Virus record (IMG/VR): IMGVR_UViG_3300042199_000240
Span: 1-30,182 of that record
DNA length: 30,182 nt
Direction: 5' to 3' (one strand)
DNA from: a virus
Taxonomy: Duplodnaviria; Caudoviricetes
Numbering within the stretch: position 1 is the first letter of the stretch; every line of letters begins with the position of its first letter. The notes below the pieces were generated by a model. It was not told where the DNA came from and did not search any database. It saw only the letters and a program-made list of their open reading frames with translations. The translations under genes and the position numbers were made by a program. Positions 1 to 8,708 of this stretch are shown here, piece after piece.

Positions 1-10
1 GGGGTAGGAC

Positions 11-39
11 TTGACAACTGCCCCCCACCTATGTAATAA
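11..39 (+). promoter_or_regulatory. sigma70-type promoter
   Basis: TTGACA 11-16, 17-bp spacer, imperfect -10 TAATAA 34-39; AGGAG SD before ATG at 70. Confidence 0.6.
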
Positions 40-69
40 TAAAATCACTTCCTAGAGACAGGAGACAAA

Positions 70-537
70 ATGCTAAACAAGGAAGCGAAAGTTCAAGGCG
101 TAGCAATCTACGCTGAATTTCGTAAGCCGGGGCAAACAATGCAAATCATTGTGACACCTGATGCTTACACAACTTCAGGAACTCTAGTTCCTATGAACTT
201 AGTTCGTAGGGTAGTTACACCTGAAACACCTAAAAAACAATGGCGCAATAGCGTTCTCAGTAGTTCGGCACTAAAAGAAGTTATGGGTGAGGGAGAAGTT
301 CCTAACCAACTTCCTGATGCTGACAAAGAAGTATTTACTGAAAAGCGTATGCGTCACGCAGTAACTTACTTTGAGACAATCTTAAATGGTGGTTGGACTA
401 TTGAGCAAAAACCAATACTCCTAGAAGTATCTCGCCATGACGCTGACGACCTTGCTAAAGGTAAGACACCTAATAAACTAATTTATCGTGTGGGGATTTC
501 TCGTTTCGCACAAGGCTTCCCTGAGAAACTAATCTAA
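70..537 (+). CDS. hypothetical phage protein (155 aa)
   Basis: ORF with promoter and SD; first gene of the operon with the AAA ATPase. Confidence 0.85.
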   Translation: MLNKEAKVQGVAIYAEFRKPGQTMQIIVTPDAYTTSGTLVPMNLVRRVVTPETPKKQWRNSVLSSSALKEVMGEGEVPNQLPDADKEVFTEKRMRHAVTYFETILNGGWTIEQKPILLEVSRHDADDLAKGKTPNKLIYRVGISRFAQGFPEKLI

Positions 538-551
538 GGGGGAGACAGAAA

Positions 552-1604
552 ATGGAAAATCTAAAAGAGCGTTATGCTTCAATCACGCCAAATCAAACTC
601 CGACAATGTGGGAGATGATTATAGATGTAGCGTCACAGGGTCTAAATGAAGGTGCTTCACTTTCACTAAACTCAAAGGTTGCGCCACAAGGTCGCTATGT
701 TGAAAGAGCAGTTGGGTCAGAGCGTGCGCCACGCAAATCCAAAATGGAAGGATTGTTGAAAGTGGAAGGACTAGCAGGTGACGAAACTTATGTTCGTCCA
801 AATGGTTCTATCTATCACGCTCGTATGTGGGGAGAACATAAAGATGTTGAAACTCTCCGCAAAGCGAGAGAAGCAACTAAGCAATCAGTTCTTACAGGTG
901 TGGGTTCGGCTATGTTCCCACTTCTTTATGGTGTGCCGGGGTGCGGTAAAACTGCGCTAGTTGAAGCGTCTTTCGGTGCTGATGTTGAAACCCTTATGGG
1001 TAATGGAGATGTTGAAGCGTCTGACCTTCTTGGTTCTTATGTCCAAACTCCAAGTGGAAACTTTGAGTGGATTGACGGAGGACTTATTCGTGCTATGGAA
1101 CAAGGTAAAGTTTATTTCATAGATGAGATTGGTCTGATTGACCCAAAGGTTCTAGCACTTGTTTATGGTGCTATGGACGGACGCCGAGAAGTTGTTGTTA
1201 CTACAAATCCCGAACGAGGTGTTGTCAAATCACACCCGAACTTCTTTGTAGTTGGTGCGACAAATCCAAATGCTCCCGGAGTTCGTCTTTCGGAAGCGTT
1301 GATTTCTCGTTTCACACTTCAAGCAGAAATGACTACTGATTGGGCTTTGGCTCGTAAGTTAGGTGTTCCTGCTTTGCTCGTCACCGCTTCTCAAAATCTT
1401 TATCGCAAGCAAATGGCTAAGGAAGGAATTTCTTGGTCGCCACAAATGCGTGAGTTGCTTGCTTTCAGAGACATAGCAACAACTTTCGGAACTTCGTTCG
1501 CTTTACAAAACTTGATTGCGAGCGCACCTGAAAGTGATAGACCTGATGTTGCTGATGTTCTTTCAAGAGCCTTCGGTGAGGAAATCAAACCTGCCAAAAT
1601 CTAA
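552..1604 (+). CDS. MoxR/CobS-CbbQ-like AAA+ ATPase
   Basis: Walker A GVPGCGKT, Walker B YFIDE, sensor-1 ATNP, LSEALISRF arginine-finger region; adjacent VWA gene. Confidence 0.9.
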   Translation: MENLKERYASITPNQTPTMWEMIIDVASQGLNEGASLSLNSKVAPQGRYVERAVGSERAPRKSKMEGLLKVEGLAGDETYVRPNGSIYHARMWGEHKDVETLRKAREATKQSVLTGVGSAMFPLLYGVPGCGKTALVEASFGADVETLMGNGDVEASDLLGSYVQTPSGNFEWIDGGLIRAMEQGKVYFIDEIGLIDPKVLALVYGAMDGRREVVVTTNPERGVVKSHPNFFVVGATNPNAPGVRLSEALISRFTLQAEMTTDWALARKLGVPALLVTASQNLYRKQMAKEGISWSPQMRELLAFRDIATTFGTSFALQNLIASAPESDRPDVADVLSRAFGEEIKPAKI

Positions 1605-1672
1605 ACCTGTCTCTTAGGTTTTGGCTTCTAGGGGGTGGGTCGCAGTTCTTGGGTGTCCTGCGACCTACTTCC
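1593..1672 (+). ncRNA. two-hairpin 3' RNA element after the ATPase gene
   Basis: Stems 1593-1604/1614-1625 (loop ACCTGTCTC) and 1631-1645/1658-1672; mismatches are G-U pairs only on the + strand; no U-tract. Confidence 0.55.
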
Positions 1673-1678
1673 ACCCAC

Positions 1679-1706
1679 TTGACAAATGACAGAAAAACGC
1701 TAGACT
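1679..1706 (+). promoter_or_regulatory. sigma70-type promoter
   Basis: TTGACA-N16-TAGACT; leader hairpin TTATCAGG/CCTGATAA; SD AAAAGGGG. Confidence 0.7.
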
Positions 1707-1751
1707 TGGATTATCAGGTTGGAAGCCTGATAACTAGAAAAGGGGAAATAA

Positions 1752-3530
1752 ATGGCTCACTTACGATTTAGTGGCACAAAGACAGGGGCTACTCCTAAAG
1801 AGTGGCTCAAAGTAGGACGAGACATAGGTTACTTGGCAAACAAGTGGTCTATTCGCAACGACCTTGTTGCGTATGTTGGTCCGGGTGCTGGTGGTCCGGC
1901 ACCTGCTTGTTATTCGCCCACAGAGGCAGAGATTGAAGTAAATGTTGAAGTTGCTTTCGGTGCTGGTGTTACTCCCGAAAAGATTGGCGACATAACACTT
2001 CGCAAAACACAATACGAGTTTCCAAAAGCCACAGGTGCGATTATGCACGAAGCGTTCCACGCTCGCTTCTCACAATGGTCTATGCCGAAAGCGTTTGAGG
2101 ATTTAGCAAGAGATGAATACGAAGCCCTAATGTTGTTAGAGGAAAGTCGTATTGAGTATCAGGGTTTGAGGTCAATGCCTAATGCTCGTCCTTTCCTACG
2201 CTCTTGCGCTATGGACATAGTTCTTGGCGATACAAAGAAAGACGCAGAAACAACAACACAAACACACTCGCTAACTAACTTAGTTGGTTTAGTGTTCGCT
2301 CGTATTGACGCAGGTATCTTAGATGAATACGAAGTTGAACCTATTACTTCACAAATTGTTCGTGAGTTAGGTGTTGATGTTGTTGAGCAACTTCGTCAGA
2401 TTGCTCGCTCTGCTCAATTACACGATAAGCACAATGACGCAACTGACTTGTATCCACTAGCAAAAGAGTGGGCAAGAATTGTTCGTGAGTTAGCAAAAGA
2501 GCGTGGAGATGATAAGCCACAGAAACCTGAGGGTGGTATTCCTTCTCCTATCATTGAAGCGATTATTGAAACAATGTCTGAGATAGCCCAAGAGATTGAG
2601 GCTAATAACTGCGGAGATTTAGCAGAGCAGGAACAACGAGAGGATTGGAAAGAGCAAGTTCAAGCGAAAGCGTCTGACGCTAAAGAGCAGGCAGAAAATC
2701 GTGAGATTGCTAAACAAATCTTTTCTAAGTCGTCAGGTCCGGGTAGCGCACGAACAAGTAGCAAGTTGCTAGAAAAGCGCAACCCAACTACTGACGAACT
2801 TATCGCAAGCACTCGTATTGGACAATACTTAGACAAAGCAAAGTATCGTGAGCGAGATGAGAAAGAAGTTTCTAGTATCTTGCCACCCGGCAGACTTCGC
2901 ACTAAAGCAATACTCCAAAATCGTGCGTTGCGTTCTAAAGGTGTAATGACACAAGTAGAACCTTTCCGTAAAACAATGCGTAAGCACACAGACGACCCAA
3001 CTCTCAATGTAGGTGTCATGGTCGACATAAGTGGTTCAATGGGTTCTGCTATGAAGCCAATGGCTACAACTGCGTGGGTTATGTCAGAGGCAGTAAATCG
3101 TATTCAGGGAAACTGCGCTATGGTCTATTATGGAAATGATGTGTTCCCAACTCTCAAAGTTGGACAACGACTAAAAGAAGTTCATGTTTATTCCGCAGAG
3201 GACGGAACTGAAAAGTTTGCTAAAGCGTTCTCCGCTTTGGACGGAACTCTCAACTTACTTCATGGACAAGGCGCAAAATTGTTAGTGATTGTTTCGGACG
3301 GACAATACACACATGACGAAACTCGTAAATGTAAGGAAATTGTTGCTAAATGTAAAGAAGCAGGTGTCGCTATTTTGTGGCTTCCTTTTGATAGAGGAAC
3401 TAGCGCAGTAGAACTTGGTGGCGACTACGCCGAAGTTATGTCAGATGTTTCTGACCCACTTAGCGCAGTAGAAGCGATTGGTCGTGCGTGTGAGCGTGTC
3501 CTTACGAAAGTAGGAAAGCGTAATGCGTAA
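1752..3530 (+). CDS. VWA (MIDAS) domain protein with N-terminal HEXXH metallopeptidase-like motif; CobT-like partner of the MoxR ATPase
   Basis: MHEAFH...LLEESRIE at the N-terminus; MIDAS DISGS, GT and VSDG at the C-terminus. Confidence 0.85.
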   Translation: MAHLRFSGTKTGATPKEWLKVGRDIGYLANKWSIRNDLVAYVGPGAGGPAPACYSPTEAEIEVNVEVAFGAGVTPEKIGDITLRKTQYEFPKATGAIMHEAFHARFSQWSMPKAFEDLARDEYEALMLLEESRIEYQGLRSMPNARPFLRSCAMDIVLGDTKKDAETTTQTHSLTNLVGLVFARIDAGILDEYEVEPITSQIVRELGVDVVEQLRQIARSAQLHDKHNDATDLYPLAKEWARIVRELAKERGDDKPQKPEGGIPSPIIEAIIETMSEIAQEIEANNCGDLAEQEQREDWKEQVQAKASDAKEQAENREIAKQIFSKSSGPGSARTSSKLLEKRNPTTDELIASTRIGQYLDKAKYRERDEKEVSSILPPGRLRTKAILQNRALRSKGVMTQVEPFRKTMRKHTDDPTLNVGVMVDISGSMGSAMKPMATTAWVMSEAVNRIQGNCAMVYYGNDVFPTLKVGQRLKEVHVYSAEDGTEKFAKAFSALDGTLNLLHGQGAKLLVIVSDGQYTHDETRKCKEIVAKCKEAGVAILWLPFDRGTSAVELGGDYAEVMSDVSDPLSAVEAIGRACERVLTKVGKRNA

Positions 3531-3540
3531 TAATAAGAAT

Positions 3541-3639
3541 TCCTTTGGTTTAGGTGCGTCCTTCCAACGCAACTCTCACCATAGAACTAAATCAAAGGAT
3601 AAGAGTGAAGCCCCTACCCCCTTTTCGGGGGCTTCGCTC
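3541..3639 (+). ncRNA. structured 3' RNA element with C/U-rich loops
   Basis: Stem 3541-3553/3587-3599 enclosing TGCGT-CCTTCCA-ACGCA; stem 3603-3614/3628-3639 with loop TACCCCCTTTTCG. Confidence 0.6.
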
Positions 3640-3668
3640 GCTATCCAAAAAGTAAAAGTGGTTCGGTA

Positions 3669-4115
3669 ATGAAACCACTAAAACCAAAGCCTGTCGTAAA
3701 TCCTGAACTATTTGTTGTTGAGTATCACTTAGGTTTTGACCCACACCCTGCTCAACAAGATGCAATTTTTTATACAGGTATGAATTGCATAGCCACAGTT
3801 AAATACGAAGGCTTTTCCGTAGATGTTTATTGTGATGGTGAGACAAGAGCAAATCTTTTGGACGCACCACAAGGGCAAGTTGTTTCTACTTTGTATTCGC
3901 CTTCAGATTTTATTGACGCTGGTTTAGATACAGATGATGCTTTGCGATTAGCAAACGAACAACAACTTCTTTATTGGGAAAATAATTCTTGGTTTGATTT
4001 GTATTGCGAAGGCGAACACTTGGATTGTGTTTCTCACGAATTAGATGAAGCGATTACCTTTGCCAAAACCTATGTAGGTGATGAGTGGGTAAGTGCGGAA
4101 ATCTTTATGTCGTAA
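3669..4115 (+). CDS. hypothetical acidic phage protein
   Basis: 148-aa ORF filling the gap between genes. Confidence 0.8.
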   Translation: MKPLKPKPVVNPELFVVEYHLGFDPHPAQQDAIFYTGMNCIATVKYEGFSVDVYCDGETRANLLDAPQGQVVSTLYSPSDFIDAGLDTDDALRLANEQQLLYWENNSWFDLYCEGEHLDCVSHELDEAITFAKTYVGDEWVSAEIFMS

Positions 4116-4118
4116 TAC

Positions 4119-4147
4119 TTGACAAAGTATTTTTTATGTGATTTACT
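4119..4147 (+). promoter_or_regulatory. promoter within an inverted repeat
   Basis: TTGACA-N17-TTTACT with TG extension; same TGATTTACTT as at 7351. Confidence 0.55.
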
Positions 4148-4180
4148 TTGACAAGACAAGTGAAAGGGGAAAAAGTAAAA

Positions 4181-4708
4181 ATGCATACTTGTCAGATTAT
4201 GTTGATTGAGGCAGATAGCGCAGAGGAAGCGATTGACTACGCCAAATCAACTATTACTTATGCGGAAGAAAGATACCCCGCTTGGTCTGATTGGCACGGC
4301 GGGTTAGACGAAGGTCTGGCTGGACGCTGGTCAGGATTATTTCAAGGCTGGGAAGAAGATAGAGATGTTCTCGGCTACACGGAGAACCCTGCGCTCGCAG
4401 AGGACATTATCAAAGAGTTTGTTTCTTATCGGACGGGAGAAATAAATCGTTCATTAGAACAAATAACGGCAGAGGACTTTGACATAAAGAAACTTGTCGT
4501 TGAATACAATCCTGAAAAAGCAGACTACGGAAGTCAGATGAACGCTTGGACTTTGGCACGGCTAGGCAAACTTCTTTCTAATTATTGGACTTCTGATACG
4601 GGCGTGTATGACCTAACGGCTCATACGGCGAACCTAGAGTTCTTTAGAGAACGGCTCGCAAAAGAACCGCACAGGCAATACCTAGTGCCAATAGATTTTC
4701 ACTTCTAA
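4181..4708 (+). CDS. hypothetical phage protein
   Basis: Start moved to ATG 4181 after SD GAAAGGGG; contains W-rich WSDW..GG...GRWSG motif and ends IDFHF. Confidence 0.8.
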   Translation: MHTCQIMLIEADSAEEAIDYAKSTITYAEERYPAWSDWHGGLDEGLAGRWSGLFQGWEEDRDVLGYTENPALAEDIIKEFVSYRTGEINRSLEQITAEDFDIKKLVVEYNPEKADYGSQMNAWTLARLGKLLSNYWTSDTGVYDLTAHTANLEFFRERLAKEPHRQYLVPIDFHF

Positions 4709-4732
4709 CAAACGGACGAAAGGAAAAAGTAA

Positions 4733-4897
4733 ATGACAACCTGCAAACATTGTGGTTGGGAAATAAAGCAAGACTTCGGGGCTTGGGTAGATGCGTGGGA
4801 ACACGCCGTCTGCTGGTGGCAAGGAGATACGGCTATGCCACACGAACCGCTGAAGCAAAAAGTAAAAACGGCAAGAGATAAATCTTTTGCTGCATAA
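4733..4897 (+). CDS. small Zn-binding-like protein (54 aa; not in ORF track)
   Basis: MTTCKHCG...C...HEP; SD GAAAGGA. Confidence 0.7.
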   Translation: MTTCKHCGWEIKQDFGAWVDAWEHAVCWWQGDTAMPHEPLKQKVKTARDKSFAA

Positions 4898-4916
4898 AAA
4901 CTAAACGGAGGGGACA

Positions 4917-5144
4917 ATGCAAGTAAAAGAGTTGTTAGCGCAGTTGGAGGAGTATGACCCTGAAACGGAACTCATAGTTGCGTATTGGGATAAGGAAACC
5001 ATAGAAGGTTATGGAAATCCGAAACTCACAGATGACCAATGGTCAGATGTTGTATTCAAATACGAAAACGGAGAGTGGTATTGGCAAAGTCTGGCTTCAG
5101 AAGATTTCGAGGGCATAGTTGCAGAAGTTGTTGATAGAACTTAA
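4917..5144 (+). CDS. hypothetical protein
   Basis: SD GGAGGGG; MxVKELxxxLxxYDP N-terminus common in phage small proteins. Confidence 0.8.
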   Translation: MQVKELLAQLEEYDPETELIVAYWDKETIEGYGNPKLTDDQWSDVVFKYENGEWYWQSLASEDFEGIVAEVVDRT

Positions 5145-5187
5145 TACAGAACCGGTCGAATAGCCAAAAAGTAAAAAGGAGGATTTA

Positions 5188-5349
5188 ATGAAACGCTGGA
5201 AGGCGACCTTCATCTCCCACTTCGGAACAGAGGTGGAAGCAGATACACAGAGGGAAGCAGAGGCTAAAGCCCTTGCTTGGCTACAAGAGGAGTATGGCTA
5301 CGACCTTGCTCGCTCTACTGAGTTTGATGTGGAACTTGACGAGGGCTAA
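5188..5349 (+). CDS. hypothetical protein (53 aa; not in ORF track)
   Basis: SD AAGGAGG; MKRWKATF...EVEADTQREA. Confidence 0.75.
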   Translation: MKRWKATFISHFGTEVEADTQREAEAKALAWLQEEYGYDLARSTEFDVELDEG

Positions 5350-5389
5350 ATGTGTGATACAAAACACACAAAATAATCCCTACCTTGAC

Positions 5390-5418
5390 TTGACACGCCT
5401 AGCCTATGCGTGTAATGT
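5390..5418 (+). promoter_or_regulatory. sigma70-type promoter
   Basis: TTGACA-N17-TAATGT. Confidence 0.7.
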
Positions 5419-5481
5419 TGGGTTTGTTAGGTCAGATACCTAATGAACGACAAAAGACAAAAGATGAAAGGAATTAGGCAA

Positions 5482-5868
5482 ATGCCTAGAACTGAAATCA
5501 AAACTGAAGTAGTCAGAAAAGTGATTACTGAAGTAGCAACAACTGAAGTTGCGCTAGACGCAACAGAAGCAAGCGACCTTATTGCTGAACTTTCAGCAAC
5601 AAGAGACGCCATTGACACCGCCACCGCAAAAGCAGAGGCTATCAAAGCCAAACTTTATGAACTTATGGGCTACGAGTTAGTCAATAAGAAGTGGGTTGGA
5701 GACGCCGAACTCGGCACTATTGGGGGAAATGTAGTAGTGAAGGTTGCTACTATCAACAACACCAAGTTTGATAAGGACGCCCTACTTACAGATAAGCCTG
5801 AACTAGCACCTGTGCTAGAGGCTTACACAAAGCCAGCACCATACAAGGCTCTCAAAATCGTAAAGTAA
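5482..5868 (+). CDS. hypothetical phage protein
   Basis: Start moved to ATG 5482 after SD GAAAGGA; followed by a terminator. Confidence 0.8.
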   Translation: MPRTEIKTEVVRKVITEVATTEVALDATEASDLIAELSATRDAIDTATAKAEAIKAKLYELMGYELVNKKWVGDAELGTIGGNVVVKVATINNTKFDKDALLTDKPELAPVLEAYTKPAPYKALKIVK

Positions 5869-5876
5869 TTTACGAG

Positions 5877-5908
5877 GAAGCCCCCACCGAAAGGTGGGGG
5901 TTTTCTTT
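5877..5908 (+). terminator. intrinsic terminator
   Basis: CCCCCACC-GAAA-GGTGGGGG followed by TTTTCTTT. Confidence 0.85.
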
Positions 5909-5910
5909 AC

Positions 5911-5939
5911 TTGACTTTTTTAGAATAAAGCATTAGGAT
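5911..5939 (+). promoter_or_regulatory. leaderless promoter
   Basis: TTGACT-N17-TAGGAT; ATG 6 nt after the -10. Confidence 0.75.
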
Positions 5940-5945
5940 AGAGAC

Positions 5946-7016
5946 ATGAAACCAACAGACGCCCTAGAAATACAAAGAGACTACAAGTTTAAGTGTCAAG
6001 ACGCTTACTTCTGTTCCGTCATAAATAACATGATGTTGTCAGGTTCAGGTATTAGACATTACGAACAAGTAAAAAAATTATCTGCTGAGAAAATAGTAAA
6101 TGCTTATTTAGATAGTGCGGTAAAAGTAGGTCTTGAAAAAACTCCTTGCTATTTTGTAAAAGATGAAATGACAGACTTGATTATGTTTGCTTCACAAAAA
6201 CTTGATGATACAGATTTGTTTGACGCTAGTTTTGTGCCGTCTGATAAAGGATTTGTTTATTTTGAGAAACCAATAGAAATTAGAGATGTTAGAAATAGAA
6301 AACTTTTAGGAAATGTTATTGTTTGGGAAAAAGGATTTTCTCATGGAAAGCACGGAATTATAGCAACTTTATACAATGACGCACACAGAACTCCTGATGA
6401 TGTAGCAAGTCTTATGATAAATGATAAAAACAAAGAAAAACATGTAGAAAAAAACTTACTTAAAATTGGTCGTTTTCATTGGATACACTCCTTAAATCTT
6501 GTTCATGGAGACATTATTGGAGAAGCAGTAAAGGTTGCTGACGAAGAAGAAAAAGAAGAAATGCGAGATTTTATCTTTAGTGAAGATGGAAATGAACTTA
6601 TCTCTCTTGATGATGAGGCGTGGGAAAAATACAAAGAAGAAAAAATTACTCCATACACAAACATAAAAAGAATTATTCACACCTACTTTTTGATTATGAG
6701 CCAAACGCTTACCGCAAAAGCACCTGAGCGTGGCGATAGAGCGCAAAGACGCCGACTAGAGCGAGAGAACTTGCCTAGCGAGGTTCTTGTTATTCAATTC
6801 CGTAAAACACGCTACACAAGTGCGGAAGGTGGCGAGGAACGCTCTGTAAATTGGTCGCACAGGTGGATAGTTGGTGGGCATTGGCGTTGGCAACCATACA
6901 AAGACCCCGCAAGTGGTGGCGAAATCAAAAAGCGTATTTGGATTAGCCCCTATGTAAAAGGGCCGGACGACAAACCACTAAAGACCAAAGAAAGGGTTTA
7001 TGTTCTCGCTAAGTAA
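5946..7016 (+). CDS. conserved phage protein of unknown function
   Basis: C-terminal HRWIVGGHWRWQ...IWISPYVKGP motif, which recurs in phage hypothetical proteins. Confidence 0.8.
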   Translation: MKPTDALEIQRDYKFKCQDAYFCSVINNMMLSGSGIRHYEQVKKLSAEKIVNAYLDSAVKVGLEKTPCYFVKDEMTDLIMFASQKLDDTDLFDASFVPSDKGFVYFEKPIEIRDVRNRKLLGNVIVWEKGFSHGKHGIIATLYNDAHRTPDDVASLMINDKNKEKHVEKNLLKIGRFHWIHSLNLVHGDIIGEAVKVADEEEKEEMRDFIFSEDGNELISLDDEAWEKYKEEKITPYTNIKRIIHTYFLIMSQTLTAKAPERGDRAQRRRLERENLPSEVLVIQFRKTRYTSAEGGEERSVNWSHRWIVGGHWRWQPYKDPASGGEIKKRIWISPYVKGPDDKPLKTKERVYVLAK

Positions 7017-7338
7017 TCTTGTTGTTCATACTTTCGAGCCACGCACCGAAAAAGTAAATGGTGATGAATTAATCGTTGATGACGAAACTATGTGGGTTGC
7101 GACTTGCCAACAAGATGACCCCAAAGCACCAAAACTCTCAAATAAAATGTATGAAAGATTATTTCAGTTGTATGGTCTGGCAGAAGCAAAAAGTAAAAAT
7201 CCTAAGATGTGCGTCGAGTGTGCGGTGATTAATTTCCAAGAACAACTTGAGTTGTTGGACTTCATGCCCCTAACTGAAGTGCTATTCGCAGATGCGGATA
7301 CTCACCCTGACGACACACCTGAAGAAGAACTTGACTAA
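7000..7338 (+). CDS. hypothetical protein
   Basis: Overlaps the end of the upstream gene; contains CVEC. Confidence 0.7.
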   Translation: MFSLSNLVVHTFEPRTEKVNGDELIVDDETMWVATCQQDDPKAPKLSNKMYERLFQLYGLAEAKSKNPKMCVECAVINFQEQLELLDFMPLTEVLFADADTHPDDTPEEELD

Positions 7339-7359
7339 ACTACAAAACTATGATTTACT
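7331..7359 (+). promoter_or_regulatory. promoter within an inverted repeat
   Basis: TTGACT-N17-TTTACT, flanked by CTTGAC...GTCAAG. Confidence 0.55.
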
Positions 7360-7384
7360 TAGGTCAAGAAAAGGGGGTTAGCAA

Positions 7385-7642
7385 ATGGCTAACGAAGATA
7401 CAACAACATTAGAAGTTACCGCCGAAGAAGGCGCATTTATCAACATGGGCTTAGCATTGTTGCTACAAATGCTAGGTGATGACATTGACAGAGTGGCAAA
7501 TCTAAAGAAAGAACACCATATGGAAAAGTTATTCTTTCTAATGGATACCAAAATGGGAGTAGGTAGTTTGTGGCGCAAGGTATTGGTAACTATGGGTGCT
7601 GACCCTGACGACATAGCAAACCACCTACGAGAGCAGGAATAA
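7385..7642 (+). CDS. hypothetical protein
   Basis: SD GAAAAGGGGG; 85 aa. Confidence 0.8.
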   Translation: MANEDTTTLEVTAEEGAFINMGLALLLQMLGDDIDRVANLKKEHHMEKLFFLMDTKMGVGSLWRKVLVTMGADPDDIANHLREQE

Positions 7643-7875
7643 TGGACGAAATACAACCAACACGAACTATTATGTTTGTGGGCGATTACTTTACGCTAAT
7701 GACTACCATAGTCTTAGACGAAAGCCTTAGAAACCTTGATGAAGATGATGATAGGGATTTTGCGGTAAGACTTGGCTCAGAGTTTATCAAGTCTTACTAT
7801 GGATTTGATGTAAAGAAAGTTTCTAATAGCATTGGCGTCATTGACGAAATGGGAGAAGAAATAGATGAAAACTAA
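7642..7875 (+). CDS. hypothetical acidic protein
   Basis: TAATG translational coupling to the upstream gene. Confidence 0.8.
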   Translation: MDEIQPTRTIMFVGDYFTLMTTIVLDESLRNLDEDDDRDFAVRLGSEFIKSYYGFDVKKVSNSIGVIDEMGEEIDEN

Positions 7876-8212
7876 TCTTGATGATTTTGTTGCGGTAATC
7901 TCCAACATTGAGTTAGGCGAGTTTGACGGAAAACTTGATTTGTTAGAGAAGGCGGTGCTGGAACGAAAAAGTAAAATCAGAGCCAACACCACCATTGACG
8001 ACTTTGTTGTTGGTGATGCGGTGACTATCAACGACAGATGCGGAACTCGCTACCTACGAGGTGAAACAGGTGTGGTCGCTGGGATACGCCGAACCAAACT
8101 TGTAATCCACTTTGACGACCCAAAGGGACGCTTTGCTCGCAAGAACGCAGACGGAAGTATTTATTCTTCTGATGTTATTGTCCCAATAGAAATCGTAGAT
8201 AAGAAAAACTAA
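7865..8212 (+). CDS. hypothetical protein, possible SH3/KOW-like beta-barrel
   Basis: FVVGDAVTI...GETGVV pattern; SD GGAG. Confidence 0.7.
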   Translation: MKTNLDDFVAVISNIELGEFDGKLDLLEKAVLERKSKIRANTTIDDFVVGDAVTINDRCGTRYLRGETGVVAGIRRTKLVIHFDDPKGRFARKNADGSIYSSDVIVPIEIVDKKN

Positions 8213-8230
8213 AACAAAAAACAACTTCCG

Positions 8231-8267
8231 AAACTCGGCATCTTTTGGTGTCGAGTTTTTACTTTTT
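8231..8267 (+). terminator. intrinsic terminator
   Basis: AAACTCGGCATC-TTTT-GGTGTCGAGTTT followed by TTACTTTTT. Confidence 0.75.
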
Positions 8268-8357
8268 GGCTAGGCACGCCGGCGCTGTCTGGTCATGCAT
8301 TAGAAACAACTTTCGTAGTCTTCCTTCAGCAAGAGGTTGAACAACCTATGAACAACC

Positions 8358-8386
8358 TTGACTTTCAAGAACGCTAGTGATAGAGT
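8358..8386 (+). promoter_or_regulatory. sigma70-type promoter
   Basis: TTGACT-N17-TAGAGT with TGn extension; TGAACAACCT direct repeat immediately upstream. Confidence 0.75.
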
Positions 8387-8409
8387 GCGGTTAATGAAAG
8401 GGGGATTTC

Positions 8410-8646
8410 ATGGCAACTGAAACTTCTATGGCTTATCACTTGCGAGGAAACTTCTATCCGCCACTTCCGCTTGACTACACACAACCAGCGTTGGAAGCGT
8501 TGGCTCATTGTGAAGCAGAAGATTTTGATGCGGTAGTGGTTCTTCCAGCAGACATAGAGCCACACCCGGCTTGCGCTACTAAGACAGAGCGTGGTTGGGA
8601 AGTAAGTGCGAGTGACCTTGTTCGCATCTTACGACTTGATAGATAA
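8410..8646 (+). CDS. hypothetical phage protein
   Basis: SD GAAAGGGGG; HLRGNFYPP motif. Confidence 0.8.
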   Translation: MATETSMAYHLRGNFYPPLPLDYTQPALEALAHCEAEDFDAVVVLPADIEPHPACATKTERGWEVSASDLVRILRLDR

Positions 8647-8649
8647 TGC

Positions 8650-8678
8650 TTGACTTTAGGTGGGGAGAGTGTTATGCT
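8650..8678 (+). promoter_or_regulatory. sigma70-type promoter
   Basis: TTGACT-N17-TATGCT with TGn extension. Confidence 0.8.
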
Positions 8679-8708
8679 CTCCCTATCTACTAAAGAAAGG
8701 GGAAGTTT

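Noticed and set aside
552-3530. Cobalamin chelatase cobS/cobT auxiliary metabolic genes
   Set aside because: Only generic MoxR/VWA features are visible; there is no cobN or other B12 gene in the window, so no symbols were assigned
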